Source: Takakia lepidozioides
Taxonomy: Eukaryota > Plantae > Bryophyta
Length of the DNA: 64,000 nucleotides
Assembly (NCBI GenBank): GCA_030704615.1
Contig: CM060731.1
Span: 89,094,001 to 89,158,000, forward strand
Direction: 5' to 3'
Of the stretch, positions 12,697 through 26,390 are shown in pieces. A program made the position numbers and the translations under genes. Each line of letters opens with the position of its first letter. Within the stretch, counting starts at the first letter, position 1. The notes beneath the pieces were generated by a model. It searched no databases. It had not been told where the DNA came from and was given only the letters and a program-made list of their open reading frames with translations.

Positions 12697-13979
12697 AATT
12701 ATATGCGGAGTTTGAACCCTTCACCACTTCAATATCATACCCGTAAGGTAAAAAAACCTAATTTGAACCACTTTCTAAAATGGACCCCTAGAAAAATACA
12801 TAAAACCAACCATATTCGAACTCTGAAATGCGCTTTCATTATGAGTGCTCCTGATTAGGTCACGTGCTTGGCGAGAATGGTAACTGCAGTAAACCTTTTA
12901 ACTCAGAGATGATCATAATGACAACACTTAGTGGATAATTTAATAAATACTGACGGTCCACATTTCAAATATTGCTGCACAGTTTGAGAGAAGTATTAAG
13001 TCATATTTGGGAACGTCTTTGAACAGTTAAGGTGTTAAGGGATCACATGTCATGATCATTGATCATGTTTGAGTTTCATCTTGTTCAGTTTAGTTTTTTA
13101 CACTCCACTCGAGTAGTTCTAAGCGGCTCGTGGTGGGACAGTGGTGGACCACCATGCATATCGAGATGGACAAGTTCAATAGTTCGAACTCAGTTTACTA
13201 GGAGTGAAAGGTTTACTTTATATAACTACACGAGCAGTTTGCTGCTAGGACTTGATCACATTTGAGTACAGATTACTCAGTAAAGGGTTTAAAAGCCTGC
13301 ACATTAAGAACACTGCGCTGTCACTATTGGGTTGATCTTTGGTCCGGAATAGGTACTCTACTGGCCCACAATGGGTATTTTATGTGTTTTTCTTTTTGAA
13401 TATTCATTACTATTATGCTTTTTGTTATTTATTTTTTGTTCTTTTGTAATAAATTTTATTTGTATTTGCCAACGTTAAAAAAAAATATCAGTAACGAAGA
13501 TGCATCTCTCAATTTTGCTGTGTTTCTTAAATGAGCCAGAATTGGTTTATCTACCTTAGTTCACTACACACTAACCAGTAAACTTAGGCTATTAGCTATC
13601 TATGTGTATAAAATGTATATTTATAATATAGATGATAGCATACATATCATATACATCAATTGACTTTAAAAAGTGCACGGTGTTACGTGGTCCAGCACGG
13701 CGGTCGCAAGGTGCCACGTAACATCGCGTGCATCATTTTTCATATTTTAGAATTTAAAATTTTTAATGAAAATAATATTTTCTCAGAAAAAATTGATGAA
13801 GTGCCTCTTACCACATGGCGCGGCGCGGTGTAGTTTGCATGATTTTATATTATTATTTATTAACTTAAAATAAATAAAAATAAAAATAAAACATCAATAT
13901 AAAAACCGTGATGAATAGCATCTCACTACGTGGCGCAGTGCAGAATACCGTGCATTCATCCATGGTTACACTACATTTT

Positions 13980-14124
13980 GAAGTCATGGTCGCAACTTTT
14001 CAAATTGGAAGATCAGTTATAAGTATGACGTTTTATGGTCAATGCTTCTTTGAGTCATGATTTTAGTCATGAAATCCATGACTTAAAAACATAAAAAGTC
14101 ATGAAACCATTTTTTGGCGTAGTG
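13980..14124. mobile_element. Right terminus of a CACTA element
   Basis: Ends ...ccatttttttggcgtagtg (reverse complement CACTACGCCAAAAAA), preceded by repeated AGTCATG/CATGACT subterminal motifs. The partner end was not identified. Confidence 0.65.
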
Positions 14125-14126
14125 AA

Positions 14127-14440
14127 TTGTGCTTCTACTGTAAGAAGGCATGGTACAAGAAGATTGCTTGTGGTCTTTCGGTTAAACACCAAGCCGGGAT
14201 TGGAAATCCCATAGAACCAGTAACCAACGTTACAATACACATGGTCAACCTATGTCGGAGACCAGAGGTGGAAGTAATGGTGATAACTAGAAGCAAAGCA
14301 AATGATCAAATTCAAGAAGAAGAAGAATCCGAGGAAGAAGAAAATGACACCATTCCACTGAACATTTGATGAGACCTTGGATAAGGAAAGTAACTACATA
14401 AAGAAGTTGCAGAATCCATTAAGCAGATGCAGACGGGAAC
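14127..14440 (+). pseudogene. Fragment of an unrelated gypsy gag/pol (degenerate zinc knuckle, VITRSKA linker)
   Basis: CFYCKKAWYKKIAC resembles a decayed CCHC knuckle; followed by VMVITRSKA and an acidic stretch. Confidence 0.45.
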
Positions 14441-14444
14441 TATT

Positions 14445-14528
14445 CTTGCTCATGATTTCTTTTTGCTATTTTTTCCCGCTCATGGCTCATGCCGCTCTTG
14501 GTTTATGGCTCATGAAATAGCATCCCCC
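14445..14528. mobile_element. Orphan terminal inverted repeat of the MULE family seen at 44088-55850
   Basis: gctcatgaaatagcatccccc has reverse complement gggggatgctatttcatgagc, a 20/21 match to the TIR at 44088. It has the same GCTCATG subrepeats. Confidence 0.75.
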
Positions 14529-14555
14529 TTCGAAAGTTGAAACAACTATGGGAAC

Positions 14556-17500
14556 TGTCGTGCGCATCCATATCGCTACACACAAACAAAAACATCGCTG
14601 TCCAAACCACACACAAGGTGCACAACCACATCACTAGTATACCCACTATTCCACCACTAGTCCACCCCTAGTCCACACTAGGCTACAACTAGTCCGTCCA
14701 GGCTCCACTATGCTGGCCCACTTAATGGCAGTCACTAGTCCACACAAGCGCCCCCCTAGCTGGTGCTTAGGTCCCTCTAAGTCCAGTAGCCACAAGATGT
14801 GATAGTGACATAGCCTTCACTAAGTCCTCCACCACATTCCTACACCCTCAAACTCGATAGATCAAGAGGCCGGTGCAAGAGTTGCCCCATCGTTAGTCGC
14901 CGTCTTGCCAACCTGTGAACTTGAGCTGGGATCTCATGTATTGACTCCTATGAGCTTGCCTCCGCATGTCTTGTTAGCTCCTCCAGTCATGGTTCCACTG
15001 CCACTATCCCAAGCAGTGTGGACACAACCAATCTCCGTCAGGAACCTTCTCAAGTGGTGGTGTCAAGCATCCCATATGCCAACCCCTTGAGCATCGATCA
15101 CAAACCCCGCATGGCGGCTGCCCCTTTGGCAGACCCACAAGCATGCACTCAAACCTGCAGGTACCACTGCCAAGTTTGGGCAACTCTGCCATCGAGACAT
15201 GGGAAGGTGCATTGTGCACCATTCGCACATGGTCTTCTCAAGTCATGACCATCCCGACCCTCTAAGATCATGACCCCTGAGGGCAACACCTCTCGAACCT
15301 CAGAATAACACGCCCTGCAGTAACATCCAGAGTCGTAGGAGCATCTGCTGCTGCAAATAACATAGTCACCAGGCTAAACCTCCGAACCCCAGGACGATAT
15401 CCTCCACCACGTATAGTGGCATACCTCAACGTATCACGGTGATATGCAATGGCAAGGTCTCACAAAAGCCATGGGCATGACTTTCTGAACAACTCTGCAA
15501 CGCTGATCACATGCCACGTACCCACACGTCCGTATCGTCAAGGTTAAGGACTTGAGCAGTGTCCCTACGAATGGCTGCAGCAAATCCGCCTCTCGGCCAA
15601 AGAGAAGGAAATATGGTGAGAAGGGCAAGTGATGCTTGTTTGTTGAACCTGTAGCCCATGGCTAACCAAGGAACCTGACGATCCGCAATCTCCTAGGTGT
15701 CCCTTCTGCAAGCCATATACTTGCGCAAAACCCCTCTTCACCGTCTGAACAACTCTCTCTGCTAAGCCATCGCCTCAGGATGATCCCGAGAAGTGGTGCG
15801 TGGTCTATCATGGCTTTATCATACAAGCCTGAAACTCCCCCAAGAACTCTCTCCCTTGGTCCGTGAGTACCCACCATCGCTGAGCACCAAATCGGCTAAG
15901 CAACCACGATCCAAGAATGCATACGCAAGCCCCCTCACTAATAGCCTGTCAGGGCAATGGAACCAACTCAATCCACTTGGAGAAGTGCGTGCCTCCACCA
16001 TCACCAACACATATACTGTGGTGGCGCACAGTCAGTGCAACGGTCCTCTGCTAAGTCAAGACTCCACCTGTAGCCCAATCCCATGATTGGTAAAGGATGC
16101 AACTGTGGTGTAGGGGCGTTGATGAAGCACGCACCCTGCACACACCATGCACCTAGCCACGAACTGTTGCAACCTCTGTATGCATACCACGCACCAATAC
16201 TGCCCCTGCAGTAAACTGTGAGTGCGTCGCACTCCAAAATGCCCAGACTCCTCATGGGCATCCGCATTCAGCACTACCGTGCACGCACGCTGTGTGGGGT
16301 GAGGCACAATCCTCACCCGACCATCCTCCACACACTCGAAGTAGGTGTATCCCCTCCACTTGAACCTCTTGGCTCGTTGCAGATCCGATCCCTCTCCCTG
16401 GCAGTCACAGTGGCTGCCGTGTCTCCCGTGCGGAGGTAGTCCAACCCAGACGAATCCTCATGTATATCTCTGGCACCACCTGGCTCATCACTAGCCTCAG
16501 GGTCCTCAGACACTTCCGTCTAGTCATCCCTGTTGTAGGTCCAACCTGACTTCCCGATGCAAGATACACAAAAATGCAGATGCGTGCCATCCCGGCACCA
16601 TCTCCTCATCCGTCTCACCATGCCACCAGATCTCATGTGTCATCCTGCTGGCTCATTCATGGATTTTGGCGACTCAATCCATCCGCATCCCGATTGACCA
16701 AACCTGTCGATGCACCAACCTGAAGTCATACTCATGGAGTATGAGTGCCCACCACGTGCAAGCTTCCCCGTAAGCTTGTCTGAATTCCATCACCACTTGG
16801 GTGGCGTGATCCGTGACAAAGGTGAAAAGAGTACCGTATATATAGCACCTGAAGTGTGCCACGGCCCACACTGCATCTAGCACATATCTCCCTCATATGA
16901 GCTGTACTTAGCCCTGCAGCGGGTGTTCGATGCGGCTAGCATAAGCCACTACAAACTCTCTTCTCTCTCCCTCCATCATCCACCTGTGTGAGCACCGCTC
17001 CAAGCCCCCCCCCATCAGCATCTCATCCGTTGCAGCTGAAAGGGACGCCCCTGATAGATCGTCTCAGGATAGGTGCTGAGGTAAACCTCGCCTTGAGCTC
17101 TTGAAAAGCTCGTTCCTGCTCATCTTCCCACTGCCCACCTGGTCCACCTTGGTCAGCTTGTTAGAGCCTTTGCAATGGGACTAAATCCCTTGACAAACCG
17201 TCTATACTAGTTTGCCAACCCATGAAAGCTCGAACTCGGCTCACATCCGTGGGGCGTGAATTTGTGCAATGGCCTCTACCTTAGTAGTCTGCTGTACCCC
17301 CCAATCCTCCAGGATATATCATTGTGACCCGAGATACCATCTGGTTGTGGAAAAAGCTTCACTTAGTCCCGGATGCAACTTCAATCCGTGCGCTCTCAAT
17401 CGCTCCAATACCACCCAACCGAAGGTGTCTCTCATGCTCCTCCTCCACGTAACACATGATGATGTCATCTATGTAGCACCGACCGAGCAAAGTCCACACC

Positions 17501-20500
17501 CCCTGCTAGAATCCTATCCATAGAATCTTTGAAACTCTGTAGGAGCATTCTTAAGCCCAAATGTAAGAACCGCCTCACTGATATAGGCAATCCTTGCCGT
17601 GCTCTCATTTATCCCCCCAGATGCCGTCTTCTGCTTGTCCGCCTCCTTGACTGGCAACTGGTGATATCCGGATCGTAAATCCAAAGTGCTAAAGGCCTTA
17701 GCATGCCCGAGGGCATCAAAGATCCCCATCCCTGGTGTTGCATGGCATACTTATATCGAACTTGTCAGACGATTGACACTGCCAGGCCGGTAATCACTAC
17801 TGCACCATACGTCTCTCTCGTCCAATTGCCATAGACCAGCAATCATTTCTTGGCTGGCATCATTGTGGCTGAAGCATACTCTCCCCACCAGAGAGCTCCA
17901 CCAAACCTGCCTCCCAGAGATCTTGAGTCCTCATCTGAATCACAAAGACCTCTCCATGTCACTGTATCTATAGGGTTCTCCGAAAGATTGGCGTGTCCTG
18001 GCCAACTCAATACGGGCCTCTTGACCCTTCAGTGCTCCCAAGTCCTTCAAAACTGAAGCAAAGCATTCCTGTAGTAGCCCTCAGGAACCGCCTATATACG
18101 TCGTCTCTCTCTCTCCGGTGACAATGGGTCCATGTCAGGCTCCCAATTGTCCTCCGTAACTGCAACCTTAAGTCCAGTGGGCTTAGAGGTAGAGGACGCG
18201 CTCCATTGGTTGCTATTTGCAACCTCTTGAGCAGTACTCCCTGCCTGCTCAGTCAATGACAAGGCCTCATCCTCCTGCCCATCATCTCATCCTTGAGGAC
18301 CTCCTCCTCAACCGAGAAGAATCCCCAACCTCATCTATCACAACACACCACACTCTGCGTTGCTCAGTCAGAGCCAAGCTGATAATCCAGGTCAAGCAAT
18401 TGAGATCCATTGCTTGCCCCAACACTTGACGACATGATGCCTCAGAAAGATTCGACACCCCGCCGTGGTACCAGTGGTAAAACCCATTGCCCGCTCAACG
18501 CTCGTCAGCATTAGGCTCCACTAACTGCTGCAACTGAGCATCCACAGGAGGCCAGGTCCACTATCCCGGAAAGCATGCGATCCTGGGAAGCTGAGCAGTG
18601 TACGTAATGCTGCTCGTGGTTGACCCCATCTGTTGACCACTGCCAAAGGCGAACGGTCATCGTGTCTCATACGCTGAGACTGCCTCCCTGTGTCCAGAAT
18701 GTTATCCACTATGAGATGTGCTGGCCGTTGCAACCCCATCAAATGCACGCTTTGAGCAGTGCGGGTAACATCAAGCTAGTCCACCATAGCCGTGGACGAT
18801 GAGCCCGTGACCCCCACTGTAGCTGCATCTAGCAACACTGCTGACCCAAGCCACGACCGGACTTGATGCACACTGGCCATCACCCTGGCCCGAGAATTGC
18901 CCATCAGTGGCACATTCTCCAAGATGTATGCTGGAGATACACTTGATGAAGCTGCAAGTGGCGCAAACCCGCACATCTCCCAAAACAGACCCGACCTCGA
19001 GTCTCGCAATCCATTGCCATGCCCGGCTGATGAATGCCCTTGGCAGGGCCAACTGCCACTACCAATCAATGGAGCCAACCCGCTCCAAATCCTGCGCCCC
19101 CAGCAACAAAAATGTCTGCTGGCAAGGCCTGCTGATATCCACGAATTGCAGACACACAAGACAACAACTCAGGGTACCGCTGCACCAACTGAGCAACATG
19201 GCGAAGTGAAACGCGTCGTGTAGTCTCATCCCTCTCCACATACAGGTAACGCCGAACTCGTACACTTGCTTGTAACACAGCAGCCAATCCGGTGCTGATC
19301 CCGCCAAACAAGTCCAGAAGACAAATGCCTTCATCCGGATACTGCCACACAATAGTTGTGGTGTCTAATGGAGACAATTGAGGTGGTCCTGGTGCAATCC
19401 CCACACTCTCCTCCTCTCCTGACGGTACAAAAGCCTCCACCTAGGCTTGTTGCACCCGTCGATCAGCATCCCGCTGCAAATCCTTGCTCGTGCCCCACAA
19501 TGGAGTCTGAGCAACCATGGTAGGCAACTCCGCCATACATACATGTCATCCTGCTCTCCCGGAGGTGGTACATCCTTTGAATGAGCATTGCCCTCAAGCA
19601 ACTCTCTAGGCCAACTCACTGCCGCTGTGAATGCTGCTAGTGTCGGCATCTTGCCTCGCTGGGCAACCCGCAACTCCTCCTATGAACGTCACAGGGAGCT
19701 GCAACACGCCGGCCCCCCCCTGACTGCCATGCAGGCCTATAGAAAGCTGACTCCTCCCAAAATCCAGGGTGAAGCCCATGGGTACAACACTGCCCCACCA
19801 ACCAGGACATTCGTATGAGACTGCGTCTGTCACAATGGCCTTGGCTCGCATCAGTGAGCCATCTGTAGGGTGATCGGCCGTAGTCTGATAGCCAACTCAC
19901 GCGTGTCATGCCCCGAGCCTGCTCCGATCCTCCCAAGACGTCTGTATCTGGACGGACAAGGCTCCATATCCGCCTCCATGAGGCCAAACCTGCAATAGCA
20001 GCTCTGCCACAGCATCAATGGCTGAGCTTCCGAGTCCAACAAGACTCGCAGTTGCCGGTACCTCTTGCCTCCGTCCACTCAAACAGAAAATGCCATCCTG
20101 GTGTCTAACATGACAACTCCAGGTGTCACCATGGCGCCGCTCAATGGCTGGCCTAGCTGGCAGCTCCATCAACCTGGCAGCTGCAGCTTGCCATGGCGCC
20201 GCCGTGGCAGTCTTGACCCTAAAATCCGAGAATCCCCTCCGGCACTACACCTCCCACTATCTCCGCAGAAATGAAGTAACCTCCACCCCACTCTCACAGA
20301 GTGTAGCTGCCAGCCTGAACACCTCAGCTGGTTTTACCCCCTGCGTCGCAATCATGGTAGCCGAGAACAATGGAGGCCTGGCACACAGATGTGGCCTGTC
20401 CTAGCAGCACACTAGCTGCCTAGCCGGGCACACTAGGTAGTGGTGCTACCGTGTATCTCTCCCTCTCCCCAATGGCAATAGTAACCTCCGCCTCGGTAAC

Positions 20501-20650
20501 CGTCCGGCGAGAACTAGGTGCCATGGAGTGGCGTCACACTATGCCCATCTCCGCCAATGTTAATCCTGAGGAGCCTAGCCTGACGGCTTGCCTCCCCACG
20601 CTGTTATCCAACTCCACCTCTGCACCTCGTGGCTCAGGCACTCGTGCTGC
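14556..20650 (-). mobile_element. DNMT-gypsy copy B (3' LTR, PHD, IN, RH, RT, DNMT, protease, gag end), indel-riddled, runs into the gap
   Basis: Fragmentary ORFs match copy A ([46 protein letters not shown]) and include protease VLLDSEAQP. LTR at 14556-14746. Confidence 0.88.
15004..15228 (-). pseudogene. PHD finger at the C-terminus of integrase in DNMT-gypsy copy B
   Basis: CDRCSRGWHMGCLTPPLEKVPDGDWLCPHC is a canonical PHD C-terminal half. Confidence 0.85.
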
Positions 20651-21150
20651 NNNNNNNNNNNNNNNNNNNNNNNNNNNNNNNNNNNNNNNNNNNNNNNNNN
20701 NNNNNNNNNNNNNNNNNNNNNNNNNNNNNNNNNNNNNNNNNNNNNNNNNNNNNNNNNNNNNNNNNNNNNNNNNNNNNNNNNNNNNNNNNNNNNNNNNNNN
20801 NNNNNNNNNNNNNNNNNNNNNNNNNNNNNNNNNNNNNNNNNNNNNNNNNNNNNNNNNNNNNNNNNNNNNNNNNNNNNNNNNNNNNNNNNNNNNNNNNNNN
20901 NNNNNNNNNNNNNNNNNNNNNNNNNNNNNNNNNNNNNNNNNNNNNNNNNNNNNNNNNNNNNNNNNNNNNNNNNNNNNNNNNNNNNNNNNNNNNNNNNNNN
21001 NNNNNNNNNNNNNNNNNNNNNNNNNNNNNNNNNNNNNNNNNNNNNNNNNNNNNNNNNNNNNNNNNNNNNNNNNNNNNNNNNNNNNNNNNNNNNNNNNNNN
21101 NNNNNNNNNNNNNNNNNNNNNNNNNNNNNNNNNNNNNNNNNNNNNNNNNN
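20651..21150. other. Assembly gap (500 N)
   Basis: Run of N. Confidence 1.
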
Positions 21151-21360
21151 GGAGACTTGGGATTGATGAAACAAATGTTGAATGATAAAAGAAGATCTCC
21201 TATAGAGTGGCTTCAGAGCAGTGGAAACTGCTATGGGAAGATTGGAAGATCTGAAGGTCACGGCTGCAAAATTTAGGTGTCATTTATGGTGGTGAATACG
21301 GACACATACAACATCTGCTCAGACTTGACTTTCTAAGGAAAATTGGAGCTACATACCCAT
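21151..21360 (+). pseudogene. Decayed retroviral-type aspartic protease fragment
   Basis: Across frames it reads FMVVNTDTYNI...LDFLRKIGA, resembling the gypsy protease C-terminal 'ILLGLDFL' motif. Confidence 0.45.
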
Positions 21361-23409
21361 GCAGCCCAATAATGTATGCAAATCACTAAGGTGAATCGAC
21401 AACTACATAACTATGAGTTTTGCTTTCTAAAAAGAATCAGATGATTGCTATTGAACCTGACCCATGGACATCAGCAATGCTTCTTCAATCATAGCTCCTT
21501 CTATCATTTACAAGCACTCCACCTCACTCATGCACTCTCACACTGTTCCATTTTTGTCTGAACAACTTTACTTCTGTTTCTTTTACAACATGGCCTGATA
21601 ATCCCATCATAGCCGCTACGTCCCTACGTCCGATGTCATTCATCTTAGTACATCCAGCAGATGCAACAAATTTTCATCCATCATCACCTAGTTGTCATCC
21701 AGTCATCCAGCATGTACAATTTCATGTGCCATGAACAATTTCACATATCAAGTTATTTCACCACTAATGTGAAACTAGCTAAGAAATAGCTAGCTTTTAC
21801 ATATTGACATTTGGGATTGGCCAAAGTGTCAATCCAGGGGTCAAGGCAGATTTGGGCCCTGGAGTGGTTATCTTCACGGCAAGCGCATGGAGGCTCATCT
21901 TTCTCGAGTTGAGCCTCACTGCGCCTGGCTATGGCGCCGTAGTATGGATTTCCCATAGCATGGGGTGTACTTGGCTTGACTTTATATGAGTGATGATTTC
22001 ATGTGCAAAGTTTGTGAGCTCGAGAGAGCTTGTATTCTTCTTCTTTATCACTCGAGAAAGATGAGCTCGTATCTGTGAGTGCCAGATACGAGTTAGTTAT
22101 AATACTTGTGGTTTTTGCTTGAGAATGAGAGAAATCATGTTGGGATGCGAGGAGCATCATCAAGTTCGTGGTTCTTAGAAGTGGAGGCGATGTTGGGTAC
22201 GAGTAGGTGGACCGGCTTGGTATTCGATGTTCAGTTTCAGAGATGAAATCACCGTGCTGCAGGTAATTCCAGAGCACCTTAATGGTTTCAGATTGTGTGC
22301 GGTGAGCACGAGTGGGAAGAGGATCAGTCATCAGCATATGAGGCTGAACAAGAGCATGTTATAGTGGCTCTGGTGGCGAATCTGAGAACTGGCCTTGGGA
22401 ATACGAGCTTTCATGTTGCGGAAGAGTAAAAGATCAAGCAAGATGGCTGATTTGGCTTTGGGGCAAATCAGTGCACTTTGTGGAGTATGTTGAGATTGTG
22501 TTTCAATCTCGAGCTTCAGCATTGAGAAGGCTCTTGCCATAGCAAGAGCACGGCTGGAACAGGAGCTAAGAGGTGCGGCAAGGCCACGGAATGTGCTCCC
22601 AGGGTTTCAGAGCTTAGAAGAGGAGCTCATGCATCACAAGAGGAGTGTCTTGTGGCTGGAAATATAGACCTTAGGGTTTCATGAGCTTGGCAAAGGCTAT
22701 AGGGTGCTTAGTCTTGTTTTAGAGAGCATCAAGGAGCCAAGGAGCCAAGGAACCAAGATAGGGGGCTGATACCTCTTGTGTGAAGGGGTTGCATGTGTGG
22801 AGCATGCATGCATTCAGCCCATTGAAGTTTCCATCTTCAAGCTTGGAAGGCAAGCAAGAAAGAGGGAAGGTCTGATTTCTCTTATAATGTGGGAGTAGTG
22901 CTTGTTTTGAGCATGCATTCAGCCTAGTTAGGTCTCCACCTTTAAGCTATGGAGAGCTAGAAGGGAAGGTAAGGGGCTGATTTGCTCTTAGGTGATAGTC
23001 CGACACTTGTAGAGCATGTTTTGAGTTGGGGTTTCAACTTCAAGCCTAGATAGAGCATGGCTCTTGAAGTGGCAGGTGAAGGGGGCTGGAATAGGCTCTA
23101 AGATACATGTTATGGCCAAGGAGAGTGCATGAATTAGTGCTTACAAGGGCTAGATACCAGCAAGACATGGTTGCTTGTCACGGTTTGGAGTGACGTGCTC
23201 GGGGAGTTTAAGTGAGAAAGAAGGCTTGGATTGTGGCAAGCATCTTCCTCATGACTTAGAGTTACTATTGGTGGTGTGTGGGAGCCGAAAAGAGCAAGAA
23301 TACATTGCTGATTTCTTCAAAGCCGCCATAGCTCGTTGCCAGGAGGCCTAGAGTTCAAGGAGATACAAACCCTAACTTGGTGTAGCTAAACTGCCATGAG
23401 CGGCCATGG

Positions 23410-23575
23410 AGGGGGCTGTGACCCTGTGACCTGTGTGGGGCTGTGATGGGTTGTAGCCCGTGGGGCTGTGAGAGGCTGTGACCCTGTGGTGGCCCTGCCG
23501 GCCTGTGGTGGCCCGTGTTGACCTGTGTGTGGCCTGTGCCGACCTGTGGACGGCCTGTGTTGGCCTGTGGAGGTT
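23410..23575. repeat. Short CCTGTG/GCTGTG minisatellite upstream of the copy C gag
   Basis: Repeated acctgtg/gcctgtg/gctgtg units. Possibly LTR-derived; boundaries not resolved. Confidence 0.45.
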
Positions 23576-24307
23576 TGTTTGAACCTTCAGTGGATGGCGT
23601 GGTTTCCTGAGGTGGTTCCATTCTTAGGAATGGTTGAAGGACACAAGGAAGCACCGGTGGACTGCCTGAGGACTGGCATGTAGCCTTGGAGGCCAAATTT
23701 TGAAGCTCGTGGAGGGCAGTTTGAGGAGTATCTACAGGATACTCCCCATGGTTATGCAAGTGAGGGAAGAGAGGAGAGGCATTGCTTTAGCTTATCTTCC
23801 TTGTAGTTTCCCATCCTTTCCGTTGGCCGAGACCTTTCCGTAGGTGGAGGCAAGAGTCAGTCCGGGTTTGGGCTGGGGTGTCATTGCAGGAGCGACACTG
23901 TGGAGAGATTTTTGGTGTGGGGCAGTTGTTGCTTTGATTTCTTGTGTTTGGATCCCCTCCAAACCTGCATGCTTGACTGTGCGCCATGTTATTTTTGTGT
24001 GGGCGCTTGCTTTTATAGGTGATTGGTCTGGATTTGATCACCAACCAGTCGTAGAGCGTGCTGTCGATGGTGAGGCTGGGGTGATGACCAGTCAAACCAT
24101 CATTGTTTCTCCTGTGGTGAGGTTGGAGGTGATGACCAGCCAACCATAGGAGTGCTTGCGGTGGATGCAAGTGCAGGTGCAGGCTATGTTAGGAACCTAG
24201 TATTCCAAACCATAAGCCGCAACATGATCTCTACCCGGTTACCTTGTGGAAAGGGGGTTAGGGACATGTTCATGTCACCGGTTGAGTGTCAGTTTGTCAA
24301 CACGGAG

Positions 24308-26390
24308 GTGCCACTAGTTGCTGGGGAAAGTGCCGGTTCAAGCACTAGCGATATTACACGAGACGAGGTGTGCGGTTTAGGCCACCTTCACTTCCAAGGA
24401 AGGTTCTGATTCAGACTCTGAATCAGGAGGGTTCACGCCGACGGTGCAAGTTACTTCCTTGCCATTGATGTGGGATACAATGGAAGAGATATATGGAGCT
24501 ACCAAGGGGCCACATAGGTACTCTGGAGTAGTGGGCACCATTGAGTTGGACGATTTTATCCAAGATTTTGATAGTTCGTGTGACTTGCAGCAAATGCACA
24601 ATCCACAACTGTTTACGCCTTTCATGGCATGGAAGGGGTTGTTTCAGCACCTTGAAGGGCCGCCCATGGATGATTACCATGAGTTTTGGCGGGGGCATGA
24701 GGTTGAGATCGAGGAGTGGAGGATGTACTGGTCACCCGACTATGTCTCCATCACTAGAGGCACAAGGGCAGTAGCACACCGGCAGCTGCACCGGCAACTT
24801 CAACAAGCAGCAGTGGGGTTAGTGGGACTAGTGGTACCGTAGCTACGACATCCACCCAAACCACTGCCACCCCAGCACCAGTACCCGTGCCTGCCTTCAA
24901 CCCTGTTGTGGAGTTCTTCGAAGAGTTGAGAGAGAACTACCAAGGGGTGAGGACAGAGAAGTTGCGAAGCTTGCAAGAGTTCCAACGGAAGCCTACCAAG
25001 AGCTTGATGGAGGCTTTCACTTGCATGAGGCGCTTGACAAATGTAACCCAAGGGGTTACCGAAGCTCAGGCAGTCCAATTCTGGTATGGGATACTGGACA
25101 AGGAGCTGAGGAGAAAGGCGCGGGATACAACTCTCCTATAAGCGGCCCAACCTACCTTAGCAAATGTGTTTTTGCTGGCAGAGCGGATAGAGCTCAACAT
25201 GGTGGAGGAACGAGTGGTCATGGTGGGATTTGCTAAGGAGACACCACGGGGTAGTGGTGCTCCTAGCCAACCACTACCTCACATGCTCAAGGCAACAAGG
25301 GGGCTCAGGTGAAGCCCAGGGAAGGACAGAGAGGACCTCAGATGCAGGGGTCTTTCCCTTCATTTGTAGGCCAACAACGGGCGGATGTGGTGCGTTGGAC
25401 ATATGGAAGACCCTCTATCAAGAAGGATTGCCCAGAAGGAGGCAAAGGGCTGACACCGGCACAGCCTACACAGTTGCAGTGTGGGCATTGTGGCAAGTTT
25501 GGGCATGGAGAGGCCCAGTGTTATGTCTTGCATCTTGAGTTGCGGCCAGGCCAGTTCCAACGGAACAATGGTGGCCGGGGGTGAGGTGGAGCAGCTCAGA
25601 GAGATGAGGTGGTCAGGCACGAGATGCAGGCCAAGGGCAAGCTCAGCATGGCCAGGGACGAGGAGGTCAAGGTGTTGATCAAGGCATGGCCAACCGGCTT
25701 CAACAGCTAGAGCAGCGGCTTGCTGCCATGGCCACAGCTCAGGTGGTACCAGCTCCAAGGCCTGAGGGTCCACCTCCTGCTCCTGAGGGATGAGATATGG
25801 GAGGCATGGGATTCATGTGCGGGGCAGTACTACCACTAGTGCAGATGGAGTCTGCTGCAGCCGTGACTCGAGGAGCAGCACGAGTTCTTGAGCCACAAGG
25901 TGTAGAGGTGGAGTTGGATCCACAACGTAGGGAGGCAAACCATCAGGCTAGGTTGCCTCAATCATTCACATTGATGGAGACAGTGTCGACGCCATCCATG
26001 GCACCTAGTTCTCGCCCGACTGCTACCGAGGCGGAGGTCACTGCCATTGGGGAGAGCCACACGGGCAACACCACTACCTGCTGCCAAGGCTACGGCAGCT
26101 AGTGTGCTGCTAGGGGCGGCCACATCTGTGTGCCAAACTCCATTGTTCTCGGCTACCATGATTGTGACGCCGGGGGTGCAACCAGCTGTAGTGTTTAGAC
26201 TGCCAGCTACACTCTGTGAGAGTGGGGAGGTCACTTCACCTACTGCGGAGTTAGTGGAGGGTGTAGTGGCGGAGGGATCCTCGGATTTCAGGGTCAAAAC
26301 TGCCATGGCGGCGCCATGGCAAGCTGCAGCTACCAGCTTGACGGAGCTGCCAGCTAGGCCAGCCATTGAGCGCGCCATGGTGACATCTGG
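24308..26390 (+). pseudogene. DNMT-gypsy copy C, 5' part (gag)
   Basis: Gag-like ORFs with knuckle CGHCGKFGHGEAQC. The 3' part matches copy B 20100-20650 and resumes at 33364 after the chromovirus. The 5' boundary is approximate. Confidence 0.75.

Noticed and set aside
20451-21276. Long ORFs in the track
   Set aside because: Artefacts of translating the N gap.
21400-23400. Possible genes in this interval
   Set aside because: Only short ORFs with no recognisable motifs; probably decayed TE internal sequence, left unassigned.
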